The translations under genes and the position numbers were made by a program. A model generated the notes under the pieces. That model had not been told where the DNA came from. It made no database searches and saw only the letters and a list, made by a program, of their open reading frames with translations. Below, one piece after another: positions 1-10,139 of a stretch of 32,529 nt of DNA; position 1 is the first letter of the stretch, and each line of letters opens with the position of its first letter. This DNA comes from Klebsormidium nitens (lineage: Eukaryota; Plantae; Klebsormidiophyceae): assembly GCA_000708835.1 (NCBI GenBank), contig DF237740.1, forward strand, positions 1 to 32,529. The letters run 5' to 3'.

Positions 1-361
1 AGCGATGACCATAAAGGTCTGACTTACTAACGAACCAGCCGCAGCCATCGGCACGGTCCCCCTTAACCTACTGTACTAAACCTTACCCCACGCTTGGTGG
101 CTGGTACCTTAGCGAAGCAAACAAATACGCGAGAAGCACCGCCTCGTTCTCTTACGCCGGCTTAAGCGCGCCTTAGACCCCAAATCCCAACCCCAAACCA
201 ATTGATCGAACGGTCCAAAACTCCGGTTCACCATATATAAACCGAAGGCCTACTAGTAACCAGCATGTCTACAACTTGTTTACAACTCGTCCGCCCGCGA
301 CACGTGGCAGCGGCCGCCCACATCGTTCACACGACGTCCGAATCGCGGCCGCCCCCCGCAC

Positions 362-3300
362 TCAGCAGCGGCTTCGCGGCCCAATGCCGCAGGCGACACG
401 TGACGACGCCGAGGGCGACCTCCCCGAACCGCGGCCGCCCCCCGCGCTCGGCGCAGCCTTCCGCCCGGTGTTGCGCCCCGAGGCCTGCGCCCGGATGCGG
501 AAGTTGGCCTTGAAGCACGCCTGGCGCAGCTTCAGCGTCTCCTCCGCCATGCGGATGGCCGGCCGCCCCGCGATCTGCGCGCGCTCCATCTCGAGGCGCT
601 GCACGGCGTCGCCGAACTGCGCGCGCGCGCAGGGTTTGGGGTTTGGTCGCACTTCATAAGGAACAGGGCGCAATTGCTGGCGGGTGGTAGAGTGAGCCTT
701 CGATCCGAAAGCCTTGAGAAAGGGTGGAGCGAGAGGGACATCAGGATCTGAGAAGCCGTCAGCACGTCAGTCAAGCTGCTGTTCGCAAGAGGAGATCCAG
801 ATTTCAGGACGGTTTAAGATAGACGAGAAAGCCCAGATGCGTAGCATGAACGTAAAGCAAGCTTTCCTTACAGCTTCCAAGACTCGCTCTTCAAAGGATC
901 GTAAAAGTCGACGGTCCAATGACTCCATACCCATTGAGGGATGCGGACTTGAGGTGTCCACGTTATGCGTCGAAGTCCTTACCGAGGCAGCAGGAACGGA
1001 GGAGCTGTCTTTCGGGTCGGCCAACTCTTTGATGTTGTCGATGAGCACCTTGATGCTCTTAATCTTGCGGTGCGGCCAGCGGGGGATGCCGAAGTCCCGG
1101 CACCGCTTCTTCAACACCTGGGAGGGCAGAATTGTGTGGGCTTTAGAAGAAAGCGAAACCTATGTTTTTGAGCGCGGGTTGAGTGGTGTGAATACGGCAA
1201 GTGGGGGCTGCCGAAGTCCCGGCACCGCTTCTTCAACACCTGGGGGGGGCAAACTGGGCGGGCTTTAAAAGGTAGCGAAACCTATGTTTTTGAGCGCGTG
1301 GAGTGGTGTGAATACGGCGAAGTCCCGGCACCGCTTCTTCAACACCTGGGGGGGCCAAATTGGGCGGGCTTTAGAAGGAAGCGAAACCTATGTTTTTGAG
1401 CGCGGGTGGAGTGGTGTGAGTACGGCCAGTGGGGGATGCCGAAGTCCCAACACCGCTTCTTCAACACCTGGGGGGGGCAAATTGGGCGGGCTTTGAAAGG
1501 AAGCGAAACCTATGTGTTTGAGCAAGGGTGGAGTGGTGTGAGTACGGCCAGTGGGGGATACCGAAGTCCCGACACCGCTTCTTCAGCACCTGGGGAAGGA
1601 AGTGTGGGTGAGGCTGAGCAGGGAAGGAGTGGTTCGGGCTTATTCCAGTTTCTGAGCCCGGGTGGAAATCGTGTGGTCAAGCGGGGGATGTCGAAGTCCT
1701 GAAAACACAGTCTTCAACACCTGGGGCGGGGAAAATGGACGAGGTTTAGCAAGAATCTAGAAGTGTGTAGGGTTAAAGCCGATGATAGAGGGGAGAGGTA
1801 GTGCATATGAACATGCCGAAGAGCAGCCCTAGAATCAAGTCACCGCCCTGCAGCCTTTTACTTGCAGACACAAACAGAGACTTCCGCGATCCTCACTTTT
1901 CTCACTTTAATAAAACCTTCGAACCAGAAATTCCTAACCCACTGCAGCGAGTCGATAACGCCCACGGGCTTTGCAACATAACCGGACGCTTTGAGATTAC
2001 GAACCCGAAGCTCCTGAATCTTAGAATATAAGCTTTTATTACTGGTCAACGCCCCGCATCGTGCAAACACAATTAAACTCGTTGCAGTTGTGGCTTCTGA
2101 ATCTACTTGAGTTCCCTCTAACTCTCACAGTAAGGCCGACGCCCAGCAGCTTTGCATTCCAGCCCCTCTCGATACTGAGAGCGTGATGTCCTAAACCCTG
2201 CCTAAACCCCTCACCGTGAGGCCGACGCCCAACAGCCGCGCCGCGCCCACGATCGGCACGTCGAAGTACGTCTGCATCTCCTCCAGAGTGATGCGCTCCA
2301 TGCGCGCGGTCGCGCGCTTCGGGTCGCGCGACATGAAGACGGTCCGTACCGACGCCTGCGTGAGGGAGACCGGGGACTGGTCCCCAGGGGTGTCTCTGGG
2401 GTCGAGGAATTCCGTTCCGGCGCCTTGTTCCGACAGCGGAGAGCGCGGGGAGTCGCGGCAGACACTGGAATCCGTGAGGATTGAGGCCTCGGTCATGAAG
2501 TCGTCATCCGGTTCAGACCGCCGGGGGGAGATGTTGGGGACCGGGGGATCCCCCAAGTGGACGGCGTTCGGTGTGGGCAGGAACCGGGGCTCGAACTCGG
2601 GGGCCATCTGGTTCATCTGGTCGCCGTCAACCGGCAAGGGGGTGATTCTCACCCGGGAAATGGACCCCCCCGGGGGAAGAAAGGACACCCCGGGGCGAAC
2701 CCCCTCCGATGCCTCGGCGTTTATGCACACCCAGAGGCTCGCGGGGGGGTCATTCTCGCGGGTCGCGAGCCCCCCCGCGATCGGCGAGAGGAGGGCAGGG
2801 TCGACTAGAGGGGAATCCCCAAGGGACGGCAGGCTCGTGCTGGGGGGGCCGGAGGCGGGGGCGGAGGACGCCCTCTGGAAGGGCGCGGCGTCTTTCGCCG
2901 GCCGTTCGCTCGGTATGGTGCTCCGGCTCCTCGGCAAGAGGGACCGGTTCCTCTCGGGGACGACGGATGAGGTGTCGTCAGCAAAGACCTCCGGGAGGCC
3001 AGGAGAGCCTGGAATCTCCAACCGCGGGGGTGGGCGGTAAAGCAGGCCCTCCGTTTCCTGGTCGGAGGGATCCCCCCGCTCCTCCTGCTGCTGACGCAGG
3101 TCGTCGTACAAGGAACCGGGGGTGACGTCCGGGGGAATGAAGGCGGGGTACTCCGCTAAAAACGCCAGCTGTTGGTGGAAGTCTGAGTAGCCGGTGACGT
3201 GGGCCCACGGACCCCAGGCGCGGTCGGAGATGAAGCCCGGGATGAACGGGACGAAGTTTGGGGAGGGGAAGTTCTCGGGGTCTGCCCGGGGCTCGCTACC

Positions 3301-6300
3301 GGGCCGTCCTCCGAAGCCTGGAAAGAATTGTTTGATTTGCCAATTCTTTCACTTTTCTTTGTGAGACTTTCCAGCAGAAGTAGCGAAGTGACGGGTCTGT
3401 GATTCGAGTGAGAAAGGCGACAGATTGCGGGAGCATCAAACTACTAAATCAGGCCGGAAAATTGATTGTAAGGAGCTTTGAAGGATACTACCGAGCGTCA
3501 CACTTTTCGCATTCCGGCAGAGAAAACTTAGGGGTCGTCCGAATGTGTTCGTATCGAAATTCTGGTGGGCGGGCAAGCGAGAAAATCCCTTCTCGTTCGT
3601 CAATTTCGTCAATTATGTAAAACTTGAATACCTCAGCAACATAAAGGCAATCGGAAGCTAGGAAGCTGTCCTTGAATCAACCAATGAGCGCCCGTGACTC
3701 GAAAAATGAAGATGTCCGTAGCGATGGCTCGCCAACTTTTTTTCATTAGTTGGGCCTTCTTGCCCTACTTAACCGCATCAGTCATCTTTGCAAAGGTCTC
3801 TCGAAACTCAAACACTCTGACCGCATTGTGAGCGTGTGACCAAACATCACAAGGAGAAGGACGACTCCCTCATCAGTCATTCCCTACGCTTTTGATCGTA
3901 GTACACAGTCTTTTCGGCCCTTGTTGACTATACCGTGCCAAAGTCTGGTTGGCTTCTTGTGTCGCTGCCAAGTAGTCCAAACTCTTAAAGTCAACCATTC
4001 AAGTGGAAAGTCAACCAGTCAACGAGTCACTTGTCACTTGTAAAGCTCTGCTTAAGAAAGCTGAACACTCACCGCCAGGGGGTGGATATAACTGTCCTGC
4101 GGCCCGAGTATTTGGAGAGGTCAACATCGGGTGCGGCCCCTTATCCAATCTTTGAGTCGTCGGGTTAGAGGGGCCGGGTGACTTAGTTGGGGACGGGAAG
4201 TTGGGGTGCAGCGAAACCAGGGGACACGAAGGGATCCCCGGGGACTGGGCGCACGAGAGAAGATCTGCCCACAGAAAAAGCGGGGTTGAATCAACGAGAG
4301 GGCGAGGGGGATACGCAAGGGACGCAAATACAAGGAGAGGACAGTTTAGGTTCGGACCTCAATGTCTGCGAAGTTTTCTGATACATTTCGGCACTCTTCG
4401 ATTGGCGGCCAAGTTTTACAGCACCAACAGAATCCAGAACCGCGATCCGATTCTCCCCATGTCGTCAAACTGGTTACCCATACTCCGACCGCCAGATTTT
4501 GCAGCAACCCAGGAAACCTCAGAACCAGCTAGAGACCGCTTTCACGAAGATTCACAAAGATTCGCACATCATGACTTTGACATCCTTCTCACCAGTAAAC
4601 GAGTCGACATCGTTCCAGAGAGAGCCGTTGGGCGAGTTCGACTCGACCATGCTGCCTTGCCGCGGGCTGGGCAACGAAAGGCTCCGGTGCACGCGGCTTC
4701 CGATGAACGGAACGGAGTTCCGGGCGTCGCTCTCTTGGCTGACGCACGCAGTGGGGGGGGACGGAATGCTGCAAACCGGAACAAATTCTAGAACATAAGC
4801 AAGTGGTCTGCAGAGTTTCGTTCTGACTTCGTCTTTCTTCTGCACCCACCTTTAAAGTGGATAATGTTATAACCTTGACGTGCCAAGCACTGCGGTCTTT
4901 CGGTCGGAAACAAGCGGGAGACGGAATGTGATGAGACCGAGCGGAACGGAAAAGGCCAGATGGATATACCTAAAAGGAAGCAAAGCGGAAGGTCTTCGAG
5001 CTCAGCAGCTACTATTCTTTGTTGAGATCCGCCAGATTAAGATTAGTGAGTCGCTTCGACTTTTGAGGAACAGGGAGAGCTTCAGACCCGCAGGTCTTCG
5101 AAATGACTTGACCTTACAAACTGCCACGTTGACCGTGCAGTGCTGCCTAAGACCGTAGACCACATATCTGCTTTAAGAGTTGATAAGAGGAAACCTGTTG
5201 CTGCTCTGAAATCGTACACCAAGACCAGGACTGAAGTTGAGGTCGAGATCGAGGTTATGTCTGACCATTGGGTTGGCCGAAGCGTCGGCTCGGCGCGGCC
5301 GCCCTCCGCGCCCTTTTTGATGACGGCCTCGACTAATACCAGGTCAGAGTACACGGAGGGGAGGCTGCCCAGAAGCGGGTTCCTGCAAACCGGTACATAA
5401 ACCGAGAGTAAGTCAGACATGAATCTAGTCGTGGAAAAGGTGGCAAGCTAAGACAGAAAGAGGTCTCTGCAAACCCCAAGAGTTGGGTGAGTAAAAGCGG
5501 GTTCCTGCAAACGGGGACCGAAGGCGAAGGTAGGTAAGAAATCAATCTGTGTCAAACGAGTCGAGGAAGAGAGCCACGGTGGACAGAAAGAGGTTTCCTC
5601 AAACGCGAGGGTCGGATTAGTGGCGGTTGAGCAGCTCACAGACGGCTTTGGTGGACGGAGGGACTGAGAGCAAAAAGTTCTTTCAAATAATTAGTGGGCG
5701 GTCGATCCGCGCTTACATGGTAACGCAGTGCAGACTGGTTTGGCTTTTAGTGGCAATCCAAGCGGCGAAAAAACCGTGACGAACCTGCTGGGCGCCAGCA
5801 ATGGGCACATTGACGTGGGTAGGGGGTCATAAACAGCAAAGTCGAGGATGCAGATCCACCCCCCCGCGGCGTGGCCCTTCTTTTGGCTATCCACGAAGCC
5901 CGCCATAGCAGACCAGGAGGGGAGCATCCTGTAAGAAGCGGACACGTGTCAAGAAGGGACGGGTGCAGATTGGGAAGGGGCCACATCCGAGGTAGAGATG
6001 TGGGGCCTCAGGGGGAGCAACTGGGGACAGAATGATATAAATGGGGTTGGAAATCCTGACTGCTGAAAGGAGATACTCCCTTCTTGCACGATCCTGAAGT
6101 CTGGATGATCTGATGAGGTTTCAAACCTTTGCTAATGAAGCTGATGTCGAAAGTCCAGAGCTCGACAGCAATCAACCATCGGACGATGGTTGTCTCCAGA
6201 CTTTTTTCAGAGCGTACTAGGAGCAGCGAGTCACTTGCAAGGCCGAAATTGTGTGACTTCTGTTTGCGGCTAAGCATCAACGCCTCAGCGTTGAACTAAG

Positions 6301-8473
6301 TACAAGAAACGGATCTGTGGGAAGCCGCCGCCAGATTGTAAGGAAGCGAACGCCAAGTTGTCAGGGCTTGTTGACTGTAAGGGTTTCTACTAGGATGCAG
6401 AACTTCCCTTCCCAAAGGGTCAAGAGGTGTTAGAGGGGTTTGGGAAACTTACATCCTCAAAGGTTGGTTCAACACACGGTAACTAGGAGAAGACAGCATC
6501 AGGTCTTGTTGGATAGCAAACAGGGAGGCACCCTGAGCGTAGACATGGAGGCTCCGTATCGAATCTGCAGGGGTTTCTGAAAAACGTGTTAGCAGGTCGT
6601 CAGAGAACTCATATCCAATTTTGCAGGAAGACTGATCAAAGGGCGTTAGTTAGGAAGTCCATAAGCAATGTTTTGGGGACTCCTGGGAGGTTTTGTGTAG
6701 GAACCAAGGTTTTGGTTTGGAACAAAAGGGTTTGGATTGGAACCAGGGGGGTTGGGAAGAGTGACTTGATAAAAGGACGTTTTTCAGAAAGATTGCAGCC
6801 CCTGCCAATCCAGATGGCAAGAATGATATGGATCCCTGGGATGAGAATCGATGGGGCTCTCTGGTGCATCTGATCAATCAATCCCATGTCCTCTCTTTCG
6901 TTGCAAGGTCTGCAGTAAGGGGACTGCAATAGGAATTGCCGTAAGGCAAACAGCCAAACAATGCCTCCTTCATTTCAAATGTCTAGACCCTGGGAGGTCT
7001 TAGTAGAACCTGGGTAGGTTGGCGGGCTAGGAAGATCGGATCAAGAGCTTCTTGCTTCTTAGCTTTGGCTCTGTGAGATGAACACGCCGTCAGAGAATCA
7101 GCATAGGCCCCGCAATGAGATGAGCATGTGAGACTCCTGAAAATGGCTGCATTTCACACTTTTGCTCATGTCTCCATTCCTTGTCTCGTCTGCATCATTA
7201 ATGCATAAAGCCAAGTGCCACATAGCTTGGGGATGGCTCAGCTTTGACCTTTCAGCCTTTTTTGACTAGCTTTGATTGTGTTCACATCAAGTGCAGAAAC
7301 TATTCTGGAGATGCTCGTGTGAGATGTCCAAGCATGAACTGGAAAGATTAAGGATGTCTTGATGAAGCCTGTTCTTCAAGCATCATAAACCTCTCAGTCC
7401 CCTTAACTTGTCCGAGTTCAGGCTTTGAAGAGAGAGAGAAGAGGAGAGAGCAATGAAGGACAGCTAAGAAATTGCTTGATTGTCTGAACAGATGAAGCCC
7501 ATGATTGAGAGGAAACAGAGGAAAAGGAACAAGAAGAAACAAAGCCCTTTTGCGGGAACTCAAGAAGCTTTATGAAGAAGGTCTGCCAAGAGGGAAGGAC
7601 TGCTTTCTTTCCAGAAAGTGGGTCAAGATCAGGCCTGAACAATTCAAGACAAGCAACACTGCGGTGCGGTCTGGACTTTTGTCAACACATAACCTTCTTA
7701 CCAGAAGTCTGGGGATAGCTGCACGCTCCTTCAGACAAAGCCAGGAGCTCTGGAAGTGCCCTTGATCTATTCAGGAGACTCTATGCCCTCCCAATAGACT
7801 CCCTACAGTTCCTTTGAACTCCTGTCTTTCTGATCCCTACTAGTCTCTGTTTTCCAGAACAAGTTGTGTACTACACTTTCTGACCCGCCGAACCATAACC
7901 CCTTTTAGGGGCTTTCTTGCATGCAGCGCTGTTTGTTACAAGCCCAGAAAAGCTTCTTGAAGAGGGGAAGATGAACCCATTGCCTTCCTCAGCGGGGGTT
8001 GAGAGGCAACTAGATGCAACAAATCGGACCCAGAGGAGGTGAAACTAATCTTGGTAAAGCAGAGAGTCTGTGTGGCAAGGCTCGCTAGAAGACAAAGTCT
8101 CCACAAGCGGACTGCAAATATCTTACACTGACAAGGCCCTTTGCTCTCTGGAAAATGCTGGAGATGGGGGGGAATAAAGATGTTTCATGTTAGGCAAGAA
8201 AGAGGAAAATCTGGGTGGACATACACAGAGGATAACACTCACTAACAAGCCCCTCCCGCTTTGGAAACATGCAATAGAATAAGAAAGAAGATTGCACCAA
8301 GAAAGCAAGAAAGCGGACAGCGTCAGCAGTGGCAATTTGTAGGCCGTCAATTTACCTGGATCGCTTTGGTGCTGAAACGCGGCGAGCACCTCCAAGCTGG
8401 GTTGACTCTCCGCCGCAGACTGACTCTCCTGCGTCCCGGAACTGGAGGCCGCCCCCTCCGCTTTCTTCTTCAT
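362..8473 (-). CDS. RKD: RWP-RK domain transcription factor (RKD type, RKD5-like N-terminal domain), 9 exons, ~787 aa
   Basis: Exons read by hand: 8473-8356, 6576-6453, 5928-5785, 5382-5266, 4768-4593, 4264-4073, 3317-2215, 1117-983, 616-362; all GT-AG, phases compatible, total 2364 nt. The spliced product has ITLEEMQTYFDVPIVGAARLLGVGLT|VLKKRCRDFGIPRWPHRKIKSI (RWP-RK signature) and C-terminal ETLKLRQACFKANF (RKD motif). The last three exons are high confidence. The start codon and the 5266 donor are less certain, and a further upstream exon is possible. Confidence 0.88.
983..1117 (-). CDS. RWP-RK core exon (VLKKRCRDFGIPRWPHRKIKSIKVLIDNIKEL...)
   Basis: Acceptor ctgccctcccag|GTG at 1117 and donor tcg|gtaagg at 983; 135 nt, phase 0/0; encodes the RWPxRK motif. 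Confidence 0.93.
1081..1730. repeat. Tandem array (~106-131 bp unit, 6 copies including the true junction) of splice acceptor plus RWP-RK exon start
   Basis: Core gaagtcccggcaccgcttcttcaacacctggg recurs; the exon-start equivalents are at 1117, 1239, 1345, 1467, 1589 and 1720. Confidence 0.95.
5370..5615. repeat. Degenerate ~122-bp duplication covering the acceptor of RKD exon 4
   Basis: aagcgggttcctgcaaac at 5373 and 5495; gacagaaagaggt..caaac also occurs twice (~5452 and ~5582). Confidence 0.7.
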
Positions 8474-9949
8474 GATGCCCCGTGTTGACGCCGCGTGCTC
8501 GTAGCGACAGCTGGCAGCGCCGGGAGACAGCTGTCCGCAACAAAATGTTACATCACCCCCCAGGTGTCAAACTAGATACTCTGCTCCTTAACAACAGCTG
8601 TCAAGAGCCTGATCCAAATTGTATCTCTGTGGGCTCTGGTGTTGGCTGATGTTGATGGGAGGCGCTATGAATGTGTGCAATGCCTCTGGCTCTGCGCTGA
8701 AAGCATCATAAGCTACGCGGTTGCAAGTCTCCCTTCAGCGGTTGTTCTTGGCTTTAGAACCTGACCGCCATTGCTACACTCTTGCAAGCCCGTACATTCA
8801 ACACCTTCCAAGTTACCCACAAAGAGATGAGGTCCCCTAGATAGCATTATTCTACAGTGCAACTATCAACATGGCTCCTGGGCGCCGGTTTCCGGTGATC
8901 ACAGTAAAAGCCCGGCAGCTCGTATGAAGAGTGTCCCTTAATCTTGCAATGCAGAGAGAACGCTCTCTAGATATCCGCTTTAATTAGACACGAGGACCCT
9001 TGGATGCCATCCGGGCGACACCAGAACCACCACCACCTTCGTTTGGCAACTCAGTTCTGACAGAGCCCAAACGACCATGTCATCAAAAGTGCTTCTTTTC
9101 TGGAAAAAGGTGATTCAAAGTATCTTGAGACGAAGAGCCTGTAAACAAACGTGACCTAGACCGACTCAAAAAAGCTTCTCACGGTGTGGCAATGGAAGTT
9201 TGGCACACTAACTTTCTCCTGACGCTTTTCTCACGGATGGCACGAACTGCAAGCACATGTTGTTGACCAGATTGGACTGCGCTTCGAGCTTTGAAACGAA
9301 ACGCAAAGCGATGCCGGACTTGGAAGCAGCCGAAGGGCCCCCTCATCACACAAGCGGCTGGGTACACCGTTTGTTAAACGGCGCATGGAAACTGAGCTGG
9401 GGTCTGCCCAGCTGACGGGAGCCTTCTTCCTATCTGGACGTCGAGAAGCTCAGTCCGTGACACCTGTTGGACATCGGTATGCCCGCGCCATCCGACCTCG
9501 GACAAGCAGTCTCCAGCTACCTTGGGCGGCGACGTTTCGCCTTCCACAGAATTGGGGCAACACATCTCCCCAAGAGAGCTGGGGACAGAGCTCTCTCTGG
9601 GGACAGACCCCAGAGAGTCTGGCTCTGTGACTGCGCCGCGTACGGTATTCGCAGTAATCATGTTTAAGATGAGGAGGAAGGCAGCTGCCGTTGTCGAGTC
9701 TCGACCCGTACTGCAGTGATCTGACGGTACGGTCAGCTTCCATGCTTGCACGCAGAGCTCTACCGTACTGTCTGCCATGGGTTCAGCGAATATCCAACTT
9801 GCGCGATCAGGCGGTTACTGCATTTAATGATTGCAGGGCCCTGCAGAGGTGCACTGCCGCACTGGGTTGCACGCATGAGTTGTTTGTACATAGGTAGGTA
9901 CCTACGTACTTACTACTTAGGTACCGTAGATGGAACTTATACAGATACT

Positions 9950-10139
9950 TCTCGATTTCAGGTTGACTAAGCGCATGTTGACTAAGGATAGTGCTCGGGG
10001 CACAAACAAACCTAAAAACCTAAAACGATAGTTAACACACGCTCCGCACCCGTACCCACCCTAACCCCCAAACCGACCCTACCCGTCCCCCGGGTGCCTT
10101 CCCTTAGTCAACATGCCCTTAGTCAACATGAAATCGAGA
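9950..10139. mobile_element. MITE-like element, 190 bp, 38-bp imperfect terminal inverted repeats
   Basis: tctcgatttcaggttgactaagcgcatgttgactaagg (9950-9987) matches the reverse complement of 10102-10139 at 36/38 positions. No ORF and no clear target-site duplication. Confidence 0.6.

Noticed and set aside
767-982. Read-through of the RWP-RK exon giving FEERVLEAVRKACF, reminiscent of LRQACF
   Set aside because: A strong donor (tcg|gtaagg) lies at 983 and a better LRQACFKANF exon exists at 616-362; treated as chance.
1081-1730. CRISPR-like appearance of the regularly spaced repeats (also 14860-15700)
   Set aside because: The intervening segments are themselves homologous or host-intron-like rather than unique spacers, the repeat core is a copy of the adjacent exon, the context is eukaryotic, and no cas genes are present.
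2216-3040. Long plus-strand ORFs opposite real exons (also 25783-26256, 26486-27019, 31386-32303)
   Set aside because: Antisense shadows of GC-rich, low-complexity coding exons, with no independent motifs.
6700-6750. ~20-bp degenerate repeat ggaacc/ggttt x3 in RKD intron 1
   Set aside because: Short, low-complexity and not a copy of a junction; an ordinary minisatellite.
5900-7300. LINE-like motif fragments (TRQG...AYADSL, a CPxC..H....C-like string, KQGGTLS)
   Set aside because: Motif spacing is wrong, several frameshifts are needed, and the region is explained as introns and small exons of the RKD gene.
9374-9778. 134-aa minus-strand ORF as a separate gene or an extra first exon of the RKD gene
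   Set aside because: No recognisable domain. A phase-0 join (aag|gtagct to cggacag|ctg near 8533) is possible but unsupported without cDNA.
10010-10082. Telomere-like ccta(a)a/ccctaa motifs (also 2191-2210 and 60-200)
   Set aside because: Only scattered single degenerate units, common in introns and UTRs of this window; not an interstitial telomere array.
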